The notes under the pieces: generated by a model
What the model was told of the DNA's origin: nothing
Database searches by the model: none
The model's input: the letters and a program-made list of their open reading frames with translations, nothing else
Assembly (NCBI GenBank): GCA_023334545.1
Contig: JAADVB010000046.1
Location: 30,849-94,848 of the forward strand
Length of the DNA stretch: 64,000 nucleotides
Reading direction: 5' to 3'
Source of the DNA: Salisapilia sapeloensis CBS 127946
Taxonomy: Eukaryota > Protista > Oomycota
In this document: piece after piece, positions 42,348-53,325 of the stretch
Layout of the letters: every line of letters starts with the position of its first letter
Position numbering within the stretch: the stretch's first letter is position 1
Made by a program: the position numbers and the translations under genes

Positions 42348-45191
42348 TTACCCTCTTCCTGAAAAAGGCAGTGACTGAGCTACCATCTTGACCAGTTCCG
42401 CTGCCTTCTTGCGTCGGTTTTCTGTCTTTTTAGAGATACTCGTCCACTGTTCCCCATGCTTTGGATCTGCTGTAATGCATCTCTTGAGTATCTGGTCTGC
42501 ATCGCTGTCCTTACTGCCATGCTTTTGCTCGAACAAGTAGTAGTGTGCCCAACCATCTCCTAGGTCCGGATCTAGCTGTACTGTTCTTTCGAGCCACTTA
42601 CGTGCCTTGGCATACTTGCGTTCGTTCCAGAAGAGCTTTGCAACCGACAAGCACACGAGTGGATCACTGTCCTTCTTCTTAAGTGCCGTAAAGGATGCTC
42701 GTTTCTGCTCTGCTCTTGGCGCAATGTCAATCGATTCGGCTAGCAGCTTACCAGAATCGGGACATTCTTGAAGAGCCTTGGCCATGAGCATCTCCTGACT
42801 CTTACGATTATCATGCCTAGCTTCCAATCGAGCTGCTTCCAGCCACAATTGGTCATTCTTCGGGTTCTTTAGTCGAGCCATCTCCATAATGGATCGTGCC
42901 TTGGTGACCCCATTCACTTGTTCCTCCAGACGACTTGATAGAACCCAAAGCGGTACAGACTTGGGACAGTGGTGGACGCCCTCTCGATATCGCTTCTTGG
43001 CCTTGTCGTAGTCTGGAGGCGTCTGCGATTCATAGAACTGCCCAGCCATCATGTGCAGCTTATCAAACTCCGGGAACTTTTCTACACCTTCGAGCAGCAG
43101 CTTCTCCTCTACATCTGGTTGATCACCTTGCTCTCTCTCGAGCAACGCCGACTTCATCCAGACACGAGCCGACAGTGCCTGTGCTCTCGCTTTGACCAGA
43201 AGCGCTCGAGCCAATTCAATCTCATCGTTCTCCCACTCGAGCTTGACAGCCGCCAGTAAAATTTGTTCACTGTTCGGATTCTGACTGTACGCCTTGCGAA
43301 GGATTTCACGCGCATTGGACACCGATCCGTTTGTCCATACTTCCTTTGCAGCCATGAGCCACAGAATTTCAGCCTGCGGACAGCTCTCGACCGACTGCTC
43401 TAAGAGCTGCTCCACAGGCTGCCTGTCTTCCTTGCCTTCACACAGCTTCTTTTCAAGCGCCACGGCTTTAAGCCAAATGCTCTTCTTGTTTGGAAAGACA
43501 CGAAGCGCATGTGCGTATATCGCTCGAGCAGTCAGCAACGATCCACGCTGGATGCTATTGTCTGCATCGTCAATCCACGTGCGTTTCCTGTCTTCCTCTT
43601 CAATGCCCATGCCAAGGCAGTTGCTCACGATAGCAGCACATGTAAGTGGCGCGTCTGCTTTCTCACATGCTTCCGCCTCCTTCAGCCACATCTCTCGATC
43701 CAGCGCAACGCTGTGTTTCTGAAGAGAATCCAACGCGACTCGAATAATTTGCTCTACCGACTTGGACGGCTTGCCTTGTGCTTCTTCAAGCTTTGCAGCT
43801 GTGATCCAGATGGACGGCTCGGTTGGGATGGCCGAACGAGCCTTGTTCAACGTCCGTTTAGCGTTCTCGTACGTTTCCAGTCGAGCGAGTGCTAGCCACA
43901 AGTCGACGGACTGGGGTACGCACTCGACTGCTCTTCCCAACAGCACTCGTGCACCCTCAATATCTTCTAGCTCGATAAGTGCCTTCCACAGCTTGACAGA
44001 GTCGGGGACAAATTCCAGAGCTCGACGTAGAACCAACTTTTTCAAATCGTCATCCTTCTCCAATTCGGCTGCTTGCAACCATACCTTGACGGACTTGGAG
44101 ACGTGACGAACGGCCTTTGCCAGAATGGTCTTTGCGTTCTCTGGGTTTTGCAGTCGAGCAGCTTCGAGCCAGACGTCTTCTTGGGTAGAGCAGTACTCGC
44201 AGCCTTGTGCGATGATCTTCCTTGCTTGAACTAACCTACCAGCTACCTCCTCCAGACGAGCAGCGGCGATCCAGCCAGGACCGTGCTTTGGATTAGTTGT
44301 GGTGACAGACCGGAGGAGGAGGCGTGCTTTCTTAATGTCACCGATTTCAGCGTCACTGGTTAGTTTAAGACTGTTTAAGTCTGTGAGATAGCCTTGCGGA
44401 TCCACCACCGTTTGGCCTGACACCGAGTCGGACATTTTATCCAACTTGTGGGACAATTCGCTATTCCGACTCTCTGCTAGACCTGAAATGGATGATGCAG
44501 TGCCTGGTGTCTCTGAACTACTCGAGTTGTAAGCAGAAGAAGGCGTAGCTGCTCCATTAACCACCGTCCCACTAGTGTTTTTATCTCCCGAAAGAAGGTA
44601 GTCTGGAACGGGAGCAAAGCGTTCGTTGCGTCTCTGCTGCGCAGTGTCTGTTTTGTAACGAAGAGAGTAGTCTCCGACATCCGGAATTTGAGCCCAAGCT
44701 TCATCTGACATGGATTGCAGACCAGCCTTCAGATCCGCGAATTGGTCGCTGATCTTTGGACGGTCCTGACGAGCTTTCTTTAAGTCCTCTGCCTGTCGCT
44801 GTTCCCGCCGGCGTTTCCGACGAGAGTCCATACGAGCATCAACCTGGTCATATATGTCGTCTGCTTCTTTATCATCGTGATCGTACGGTGTGTCCTGGAA
44901 AAGTCCTCCTCCGCCATACCCAGCGAACTCGTCGTAATTGCTTTCGCTGTAGTCACCGAAATCCTCTTGATCGTCGGTTTCACGACCAAATCCACCCGCT
45001 CCAGCTGTACCAGATCCTCTACCTACACCTGCAGGAGTGAAGACTTCAGGTGGAGGTATACCTGCAGGACCGATATCCGATCGAGTGGTGAATCCAACCG
45101 CTCCTCGACCGAGACCTGGAACATAATTCGCTGGGGCACCCGATTGATATGTATCGCGGAGCTTCTGTCCTAAACCACTCATCTTGTACAC
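42348..45191 (-). CDS. PRPF6: Pre-mRNA splicing factor Prp6 (U5-102K)
   Basis: APANYVPGLGRGAVGFTTRSDIGP, DDKEADDIY, DPQGYLTDL, DIKKARLLLRSV.TTNPKHGPGWIAAARLEE, HAT repeats. Confidence 0.98.
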   Translation of the reverse strand: MYKMSGLGQKLRDTYQSGAPANYVPGLGRGAVGFTTRSDIGPAGIPPPEVFTPAGVGRGSGTAGAGGFGRETDDQEDFGDYSESNYDEFAGYGGGGLFQDTPYDHDDKEADDIYDQVDARMDSRRKRRREQRQAEDLKKARQDRPKISDQFADLKAGLQSMSDEAWAQIPDVGDYSLRYKTDTAQQRRNERFAPVPDYLLSGDKNTSGTVVNGAATPSSAYNSSSSETPGTASSISGLAESRNSELSHKLDKMSDSVSGQTVVDPQGYLTDLNSLKLTSDAEIGDIKKARLLLRSVTTTNPKHGPGWIAAARLEEVAGRLVQARKIIAQGCEYCSTQEDVWLEAARLQNPENAKTILAKAVRHVSKSVKVWLQAAELEKDDDLKKLVLRRALEFVPDSVKLWKALIELEDIEGARVLLGRAVECVPQSVDLWLALARLETYENAKRTLNKARSAIPTEPSIWITAAKLEEAQGKPSKSVEQIIRVALDSLQKHSVALDREMWLKEAEACEKADAPLTCAAIVSNCLGMGIEEEDRKRTWIDDADNSIQRGSLLTARAIYAHALRVFPNKKSIWLKAVALEKKLCEGKEDRQPVEQLLEQSVESCPQAEILWLMAAKEVWTNGSVSNAREILRKAYSQNPNSEQILLAAVKLEWENDEIELARALLVKARAQALSARVWMKSALLEREQGDQPDVEEKLLLEGVEKFPEFDKLHMMAGQFYESQTPPDYDKAKKRYREGVHHCPKSVPLWVLSSRLEEQVNGVTKARSIMEMARLKNPKNDQLWLEAARLEARHDNRKSQEMLMAKALQECPDSGKLLAESIDIAPRAEQKRASFTALKKKDSDPLVCLSVAKLFWNERKYAKARKWLERTVQLDPDLGDGWAHYYLFEQKHGSKDSDADQILKRCITADPKHGEQWTSISKKTENRRKKAAELVKMVAQSLPFSGRG

Positions 45192-45579
45192 CTGCAGTCG
45201 ATAAAATTATAGTACACCTTCCCGAATCGGACGTATCTCCGTGGTTAGTGGAGGTAGACGTTCGCGGTTTGGAATTATGGTGCTTTTAATTCGTTAAACA
45301 GCTTCATCCATGGAAATTATTCTAGAATTGATCATTTAAGAAGTTTTCTATAGAAAATGGTCATCTTTAAAGCGACATAAACTGCCACTAGTCGTCATAC
45401 AAAACCAAGTTGTTTGGAAGAGGGCATACATTTTCAAAAACTTAATGAAGTTTACTTTTGCTCTTGCAGTTTAAATGCCTCGTCTTTTGGAACTACCCCA
45501 ATCATAATGTCACGACATGAATCTGATAACAGAAACCGACGTGAGAATCATATAAGATCCGCCCACAGCACAAAAGACC

Positions 45580-47418
45580 ATGCGCCTCCTACTTCGACCG
45601 TTCAAGCCCCTCGTGGCCACTTCACTCCGCCAAGCTCGATCGCTCCAAACAGCAGCTGAAGCAGCTCAAGACGTTTCATACACGCGAGGACTCTTCCTCG
45701 GCGTCAACAATGCTGCCAGGGTCTTCCCGTATCCGCAGCCGACTGAGGCTGAACAGGAGACCTTGTCGATGCTGCTGGAGCCTGTCGCCAAATACTTCAG
45801 TACGGTCGACTCGAAAGCGATTGACGAAACCAAGGAGGTTCCAGCCGAGACGCTACAGGAGTTGAAAGAGCTTGGACTGTTCGGACTTCAGATCCCGGAA
45901 GAATTTTCCGGACTAGGACTCTCCAACACAGGCTACGCTCGTGTATGCCAGGAGATCACGGACGGCTCGCTTGCGGTGACAATTATGTCACATCAGTCGA
46001 TCGGCCTCAAGGGCATTTTGCTGAATGGCAACGAGGAACAGAAGGCCAAGTACCTTCCGAAGCTGGCGACAGGAGAGCACATTGCTGCGTTTGCTTTGAC
46101 AGAGCCTTCCAGCGGCTCGGACGCCAACTCGATCAAGACAAGAGCCAAGCTGTCGGATGATGGCAAGCACTATATTCTTAACGGCAGCAAGATTTGGATC
46201 AGCAACGGCGGGTGGGCTGAAATCATGACTGTTTTTGCCCAGACGGAGGTCGACGGAAAGGATAAGGTCACTGCTTTTATCGTCGAACGTAGCTTTGGGG
46301 GCGTCTCAAACGGACCACCGGAAGACAAGCTCGGTATCCGAGGCTCGAACACGTGTGAAGTCTACTTTGAAGACTGCCACGTGCCGATTGAAAATGTCCT
46401 CGGCGGAGGTCCGGATAACAAGACTGGAGGTGCAGCAGGCGTGGGCCAGGGCTTCAAGGTGGCCATGAACATTCTGAACAACGGTCGCTTCGGTCTTGGT
46501 GCTGGTTCTGGCGCCTGGGTCAAGCGAGTGATGGGCATGGCTGCTCAGCACGCGAATAACCGGAAGCAGTTCGGTTCGACACTAGGTAGCTTTGGTCTGA
46601 TCAAAAAGAAGTTTGCAATAATGGAGTTAGACGCGTACGCGATCGAGAGCATGGCATTCATGACTACTGGTATGATCGACAGAGGAGACCCGAGTTGCGA
46701 AATTGAAGCTGCCATGTGCAAGGTGTACGGATCGGAAGTGGCTTTCGATTCCATCAACGAGTGCATTCAGGTAATGGGAGGCACAGGATTCATGAAGGAC
46801 TGGCCGTTCGAACGGTACATGCGTGACTGCCGCATCCTGTCGATCTTTGAAGGCACGAACGAGATCCTACGTATGCTGATCGCTCTCACTGGTATTCGAA
46901 CGGCCGGAGACCGATTGTCCGAGGTCGGAAAACTCCTGAAGAATCCACTGAAGGACCCTGGTGCTGCCAGCAAGGAGGTGTCGGATCGTCTTCAGCGCAA
47001 GTTTTCTCCTCAGCCGTTAGAGGGCGTCCATCCATCCCTAAAAGACTCTGCGTCGCTCCTCCAGTCCCGAACGAATGACTTTGGAGATGCTGTGGAAGCT
47101 CTGCTGCGCAAGCACGGGAAGAAGGTGGTTGATGAGCAGATGCAGCTGTCTCGCATCGCCGACTCGGCCATCTCGCTCTTCGCCATGACGTCCACGATCT
47201 CTCGCGCGACGGCGGCGTTGAACGACGGACGAGACCATTGCGACCATGAGAAGATGCTGGCGGAAGTATACTGCGAGATGGCGAGTGACAAGATCCAGGG
47301 ACTGCTGGCGGAAGTCGCCAAGCACGGCGAGCGGGACGAAAAGCTCCGATCAATTGCAGATACGGTGCTCGCGAATGAAAGATCCGTCCCTCTCCACGCG
47401 ACTGGTGTCAACATCTAA
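45580..47418 (+). CDS. ACAD9: Mitochondrial ACAD9/VLCAD-type acyl-CoA dehydrogenase
   Basis: Transit-peptide-like start; AAFALTEPSSGSDA, LNGSKIWISNGG, KLGIRGSNT, NILNNGRFG, FERYMRDCRILSIFEGTNEILR with the catalytic Glu; C-terminal extension. Confidence 0.92.
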   Translation: MRLLLRPFKPLVATSLRQARSLQTAAEAAQDVSYTRGLFLGVNNAARVFPYPQPTEAEQETLSMLLEPVAKYFSTVDSKAIDETKEVPAETLQELKELGLFGLQIPEEFSGLGLSNTGYARVCQEITDGSLAVTIMSHQSIGLKGILLNGNEEQKAKYLPKLATGEHIAAFALTEPSSGSDANSIKTRAKLSDDGKHYILNGSKIWISNGGWAEIMTVFAQTEVDGKDKVTAFIVERSFGGVSNGPPEDKLGIRGSNTCEVYFEDCHVPIENVLGGGPDNKTGGAAGVGQGFKVAMNILNNGRFGLGAGSGAWVKRVMGMAAQHANNRKQFGSTLGSFGLIKKKFAIMELDAYAIESMAFMTTGMIDRGDPSCEIEAAMCKVYGSEVAFDSINECIQVMGGTGFMKDWPFERYMRDCRILSIFEGTNEILRMLIALTGIRTAGDRLSEVGKLLKNPLKDPGAASKEVSDRLQRKFSPQPLEGVHPSLKDSASLLQSRTNDFGDAVEALLRKHGKKVVDEQMQLSRIADSAISLFAMTSTISRATAALNDGRDHCDHEKMLAEVYCEMASDKIQGLLAEVAKHGERDEKLRSIADTVLANERSVPLHATGVNI

Positions 47419-47639
47419 GAATAGACTTGAAGTGGTCGGTAGTGGATGCATGTAGACATTGACAACACGTGCTTGCTTAATTTCTTCCTCTCTTGTTCCT
47501 ACGTCTGCATCTCTGCCGGTGGCATCTATATCGTTTCGTATCCAGCTGGTTGAATACGAGATCGCGACGGACGTGAAGAAGCTTTGACGCTCACTACCTA
47601 CTATTCGCTTCAGAATAATAGACGAGGAGACGTGAGAGG

Positions 47640-49937
47640 ATGGGCGCGGCGCTATCACGACAAGAAGGCGAGCGCAGTCTCGTGTGGCGCTCTAGTCGGA
47701 GGCTCCAGCGGCTCTTGTTCTACGCCATGCGCTTTTGGATCTACGTCATGGGGCTCGAAAAGCACGAAGAGCTCTTTCAACGACTCCTGACGCAGTACCG
47801 CTATCGAGCGTTTGGAGTGCCAGGAACGTCCCAGACACTGTACAAAGGAATGGCGCTCACGCTACTGGAGCTGTGGACGCGGACGTTGCGGCTCGTCCTC
47901 GTTCCCGATATCTTTGCACGATCGCTGTTTCTGACGTTCGTCTTCCACGGTGTGTACGAATTGACGCACGTCGCTCGGAGTATGGTGTCTGCTGCGCTAT
48001 TGCAGCTGACCGCCCGAGGCCGGAAGATGCGGCGATTGAGAGCGCAGTTGCGGACGGCGAACTCGTTCCCGGAACGTCTGGCGGTCGCGTCCGAGCTGGA
48101 TAAAGTTGAAGGCAAGGACAAGTGGCGAGAGGACCCGGTCTCGAGTCTCTACCTGCACAATCGTGTCATCCAGAAGACGCAAATGTACAAGGTACTGGTA
48201 AAAAGTGTTCTATAATCCTGCATGCGTACTCAATCTCGTCCTGTAGCGTCTGCAATTGGAGAATGACGTCATTGGCCTCATGTACTTTTTACGAGCTGGG
48301 CTGTTACGCAAGCACTGGGGCATCGGCCACCCTCGTCTGTACTCTGTGAGTCATGGTAAGCTACCTCCCGTCTTTACATGTCTGTTGGATCTAATTCAGT
48401 GGACGAACTAGTTGGCACGAAGAATGTCATTGAAGAGTACATGGACACGATCGTGCATTCGATGAACACTGTCCTACGCGCTAGTCCTAGTGCTGGTAGC
48501 TCACCCGAGGAAGAAGCAGAGTTATCACCGGAAAACAAAGTCGCCTTCTTTAGCGAGACCAGACATGCCTTTGGTCGATCTGCTCTGCTCTTGTCTGGCG
48601 GAGGTGGCCTTGGGTTCTATCACGCAGGCGTCGTCAAGGCTCTGGCGGAACATAATCTGCTTCCGAATGTCATTGCAGGCTCCTCGGCTGGCTCCATCAT
48701 CGCTGGTATGATCGGTGTCCGGACGAATGAAGAGGCAGCGAGCTGCTTTTATGAAGACAACGTTGACCTGCACTTCCTTAGCACGAACATTACCGAGGAA
48801 GACGTGAAAGAGTACACACCGTCGTTTATGAACTCGGCAGGTAAACCGCTACCCAAGCCAGGGTTTAGTTTGCTACGGGATACGCTAGTCCTTTTGAACC
48901 GGTTTGCAGACAAGAGGTACGTGATGGACTCTGATACGTTGCGAGAATGTCTTCGTCGGAACATTGGTGACTATACATTTCGAGAGGCGTATGATCGCAC
49001 CGGCCGTATCATCAATATCACGGTGACGCCACTCAAGTCCGATGACTACCCGCACCTTCTCAACTACCTCACAGCTCCGAATGTGCTCATCTGGTCCGCT
49101 TCACTCGCTTCCTGTAGCATCCCACTCGTCTTTCAACCGCAGGAACTACTAGCAAAGGATGTGAACGGGAACATCGTTCCGTACTATCGTGAAGGACTCA
49201 AGTGGAGCGATGGTAGTCTCGAATGCGACTTGCCCATGGAACGTCTGTCGGAGTTGTTTAACGTAAATCATTTTATTGCTAGTCAAGTGAACGCCCACTA
49301 CAAGATCGTCTCTGGGTATGCTGCATACGGGAATGAACACACGGGGAACTTGTTGAACTTCCTCAAGAAGCAAATGAACGCGTACATTCGGAACTTTGCA
49401 GAGCTCGGACTGAACACTCGAGCTATGAAGGTGCTGGACATTGGCCTCATTCCACTACTGACGCAAAAGTATGAAGGCGACATCACCATCTTACCGACAC
49501 ATGAAGTGTCTCTGGCAATGTGGCTTCGTATGCTGCTACGAGACCCGCCACCAAATTCGTTTGACGAGATCGTCAAGATGGGGGAAAGAGCGACGTGGCC
49601 GCACATTGCACGCATCCGCACCATGTGCCGCATCGAGTTTGCGTTGGAAAGGGCTGTCCGGTACCTCAGGGGAGAGATGGCGCTGGCGGATCAGAAGAAA
49701 GCGGGAACCAACATTACGCGAGTTCCGTCGTTCTACACGTCCCCGAGCACCATGAATTTGTACCACTTGGACCACGCGCCCAAGTCGTCTTCGTCCAATG
49801 GCGACGAGTATGAAGACATGAGAAGCCAGAGTGTCGGAGACTCAGGCGAGTTTGAAGAGCAACATGCAGAACGTCAAGGATCGATTCCACGAACAAGATC
49901 CATGAATGTCGCTGGCGCTGTCATGACGATGGAATAG
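47640..49937 (+). CDS. Patatin-like triacylglycerol lipase (SDP1/TGL4 type); introns 48192-48246 and 48356-48411
   Basis: LSGGGGLG (GXGXXG), GSSAGS (GXSXG), WSDGS, LNYLTAPNVLIWSA, LSELFNVNHFIASQVN; splicing restores LRAGLLRKHWGIGHPRLYSVSHVGTK. Confidence 0.93.
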
Positions 49938-50228
49938 TCCATGCAGCAGACTCGTTTTCGTTAACTCAGAATAGATATGATCACATTTGGAACTCTCTCG
50001 TGCTTTGAGTTTCCATAGATACTGTGGAGAAGGGTCTAGCAAGCCTCCACTAAAGCGGATACTTTGCTTTTATAGTCTTGCATTTGCTGATCTATAAGTC
50101 GTGACGTGGAGTCTATTTTAATGCTAGATTCGTATGAACGGTTGTCTGCGTTGAAAAGTCCCTTGGTAACGTCCTCTCATTGTGACTACTTGCTGTTGTA
50201 CCTTGTTATCACTTGATCCGTCCGCACC

Positions 50229-51098
50229 ATGGAGCTCCACCAAATGGATATTGCAAGCCGATGTCTTGGACAGACACTGACACCACAAGAAAAGTCTAAC
50301 TTGGAGATTGGCATGCGGAAACGTCGAGCGACGGAATCTCTTTCGGATATAAAGTTCTGGGGCAGAATCCACGGACAAGCACAAGACTATGTCATCGCCG
50401 TCGCCACCGTTCCAGGCAAAGGATACCCGAAGAAGAAATTCTACTTTTGGTATTGATGAACAAGAGCTACTTTATGTATTCGTTCATTGATTTCAATCAT
50501 TTCTAGCACGAATACTTCTCCGGAGCTGCAGCAATTTCCAGAGCAAACCTTGAACAAGAAAGACGTAGTATCCAAGCTAACTTCGAGGCTCAAAGGCGAC
50601 CCATCCTTTTTACTGTCCGGTAATGGAGAAGAAGGGGAAGATGGTGGTAACAATGTTGGGAACAGCGTGACGGAACTCGATCGACTAGCCTACATCGTCG
50701 ACGAGATCGACGGCGTCATCTCTGTTGCTCCACGTGAAGCTATGATCGTTTCACCAAGTCGCCAGCTAATTTTGAATCCTTCATTTCTAGGTCTGCCTTG
50801 GGAGCAAGCCCTCCACCTAGGCAACTACTTCCATCTGAGAGAAGCGGAGACACCTGAGCGTTCCACTATTCTACAAGAGAACGACGGACTCCTTCGTGCC
50901 GAAAGCGCGTTGGATCCTCTCACACAGGACCTGGATGGCACGTGGTCACTCGTGTTGGACAACTCTAGCCATATCGTGACACTCCGGAATTTCGTCTACC
51001 CTGGAGGCATGGGCTTCCACGAACCTGAGTCTGCCGTCTTCGGCAGCGTCTACTTTGGTGACGGACGGAAGAACCCGGACCTGGCATTTACGATTTGA
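50229..51098 (+). CDS. RSPH9: Flagellar radial spoke head protein 9; intron 50450-50506
   Basis: FWGRIHGQAQDYVIA, RLKGDPS, ELDRLAYIVDEID...VAPR, NPSFLGL, GTWSL, TLRNFVYPG..GFH, YFGDGRKNPDLAF. Confidence 0.92.
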
Positions 51099-51170
51099 AA
51101 GCCTACTGGGCATTTGTATTTTCTTTTTTAAGCAACTACATCAAATAAAACGCAATCCCGAATCGATCAC

Positions 51171-53213
51171 TTACATCGAAATGGTTTTTAGAAAGCTATT
51201 GAGCTGCTGAACTTCACCAGCAGCCTTGGCGCGGTCCTGACGGTACAGTGAGTTCAGCTTGTCGTCCAGTAAGTTCTGCAAGAGTAATTCGCGGCAGGCT
51301 AGGAAAGCCACTTCAGCCTTGGCCATCGACTTCGAGTGCTTCAAGCCACTGAAGAACTCTGGCAGCTCGAGCTCCTTGGGCAAGTTCAAGAAAGCTTGGA
51401 AGCGAGGCTTCTTGTCCACAACCTTTTGCTCGAACGAGTACATGCTAGCGAGTTTCACGGTGAACATGTGCTGCGGGAGACTCTGGCAAAACATGTTGAG
51501 ACATTGGATGCTCGAATCCAAGTCCAAGCGAGCTCCTGTGCCTTCGATGACGATGCTGTAGTCTTCCTTTCCAAAGTGCGCTTCGCTTTGATTGATCGTC
51601 GACCGAGGTTGCTTCAGCACGCCTTCCTTGCTCTCACCAGTAAAGTCCAGTTGGTCAATCGCATCGGCTCCTTTCACGAGTTTCTTAAAATGAACTTCTG
51701 CACCCACGTCTCCTTCCTCTCCTAAGTAGTACACGGCGCCACTGTCATGACGAGCTCGGCCTTTCAGCTGGAGAAGTTTGCGAGAGTTGTCAACTTTATC
51801 AGCAACAATGACGAGCGCGCAGGACGGAAAGTCAACTCCTTCGGCCGAGACGGAAGTCGAGACCAAGACACGAGAACGTCCGTTGGTGAAGTCTGTCAGA
51901 GTAGACTCGAGTTTCTCAAGCTGGAAGGACGCTGCGTCGTTATAGTTCTGTCTGCCGAGCATACAAGCACATAGTTTTGCCTCCTTATGCTCCCTGTCAC
52001 TCATCTCTTCTCCATCACTGTCCTCTTCTTCTGGCTCATCTTCTGGGTCGAGAATCGCATTCAAGATGTCCGTCAGCACACGACAGTGCGCGCGTTTCAT
52101 CTCGAACACAATCGCTTGAAGCGTAGGCGATGGGTCGCCCATGTCTCCATCCGATTCACTCTCATCTTCATGCGTCTGGACAATGAATGTACGTAGTAGA
52201 TCAACGATTTTACCCACTTTGGCGGTGCATGCGAGGTTCACGCTACTCTTCTTCGCCTCCAAGTGTGTCAAAAGCTTGATCGCTTTCTTGTCATAGCCGT
52301 ATCGTGCACCTGGGATTGTAAGTAGCATCGCGGATGAGACAGCAAGTCGCTCGACTTCGATCGACATATAGTGGTACATGCACCAACTACCTAGCTCGGT
52401 GTATATCTCGAGACAGTTTCGAGCAAACGTTTGGATCATTTTCTCTAGCTTAGCTCCATCCGTTGCTGCGTCACTCTTCCCTTTCTTGGCCAAGTGGCGA
52501 AGGACAGGGATGATATTTAATTCCACTAATTCCGTTTGGACGAATGACGTGATGAGATCATCGTCAGCAGGGGATTTAGATACAACTGCCATCTCCCTCT
52601 TCTTTCCATACGTCTCGTAGAGCATGGGCGCAATGGCAGCGTATTGTTCCACATTGCCATTCGTCTCTACCTTGTGGAGTTTCGAATGGAGCTTTTCGGC
52701 GCACTGTTTGGTAGGACACGCCGTCGTTCCAAAGATGCGTGGAAGAGAACCGTCTTGCTCGATCTTCTCCAGAGTGTCATCGTACACTTTCATGATATGC
52801 GCATACGGGTGTCTTTTACCGACGTGATGACACTCGTCAAAGATCATGAGATTCACTTGATCGAGCCGAAGGTAGCCTTTATGCAGCAATAAATGGATAA
52901 TCACGGGCGTGCAGACATACACTCGGTTCTCCTGGAGCTCCTTCCTCCATCGCTGTGCGTCCCACAGCTGCACCTTTTGTCCACAAAACGTTCCTACTCG
53001 TAGCGTCGTCATGCTCCGGGTTTTCGCCGAGATCTGGAGCACGAGCTGGCGTGTCGGTGCCATGAAAATCGCTCGTTTGCCATCGCTATAGTTTTGCTCG
53101 CTCAACAGAGCGATGGCAACGAAGGTTTTACCAATGCCCGTGGCACCGACCATAACTAGATTGTCATGACGTGCTGCCTCCACCACCTCCTCCTGGAAAC
53201 CTCGCAACTCCAT
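51171..53213 (-). CDS. Dicer-related DExD/H helicase + Dicer dimerisation (DUF283) domain, without PAZ or RNase III
   Basis: ELRGFQEE, GATGIGKT, MAPTRQLVLQ, IFDECHH, GTTACP, AIVF, STSVSAEGVDFPSC, QLKGRAR, then SSIQCLNMFCQSLP...LNLP...SKSMAKAEVAFLACRELL..NLLDDKL; stop at 680 aa. Confidence 0.9.
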   Translation of the reverse strand: MELRGFQEEVVEAARHDNLVMVGATGIGKTFVAIALLSEQNYSDGKRAIFMAPTRQLVLQISAKTRSMTTLRVGTFCGQKVQLWDAQRWRKELQENRVYVCTPVIIHLLLHKGYLRLDQVNLMIFDECHHVGKRHPYAHIMKVYDDTLEKIEQDGSLPRIFGTTACPTKQCAEKLHSKLHKVETNGNVEQYAAIAPMLYETYGKKREMAVVSKSPADDDLITSFVQTELVELNIIPVLRHLAKKGKSDAATDGAKLEKMIQTFARNCLEIYTELGSWCMYHYMSIEVERLAVSSAMLLTIPGARYGYDKKAIKLLTHLEAKKSSVNLACTAKVGKIVDLLRTFIVQTHEDESESDGDMGDPSPTLQAIVFEMKRAHCRVLTDILNAILDPEDEPEEEDSDGEEMSDREHKEAKLCACMLGRQNYNDAASFQLEKLESTLTDFTNGRSRVLVSTSVSAEGVDFPSCALVIVADKVDNSRKLLQLKGRARHDSGAVYYLGEEGDVGAEVHFKKLVKGADAIDQLDFTGESKEGVLKQPRSTINQSEAHFGKEDYSIVIEGTGARLDLDSSIQCLNMFCQSLPQHMFTVKLASMYSFEQKVVDKKPRFQAFLNLPKELELPEFFSGLKHSKSMAKAEVAFLACRELLLQNLLDDKLNSLYRQDRAKAAGEVQQLNSFLKTISM

Positions 53214-53325
53214 CTCTGTATTTTCTCTGAGGTATTTACTAGATGTCGATATAGTTTAATTGGATAAAAAGATGTTCAAGACTCTCGTATTGGTAGAAAC
53301 GTCTATAGCTTGAAAGGAAATGCGT

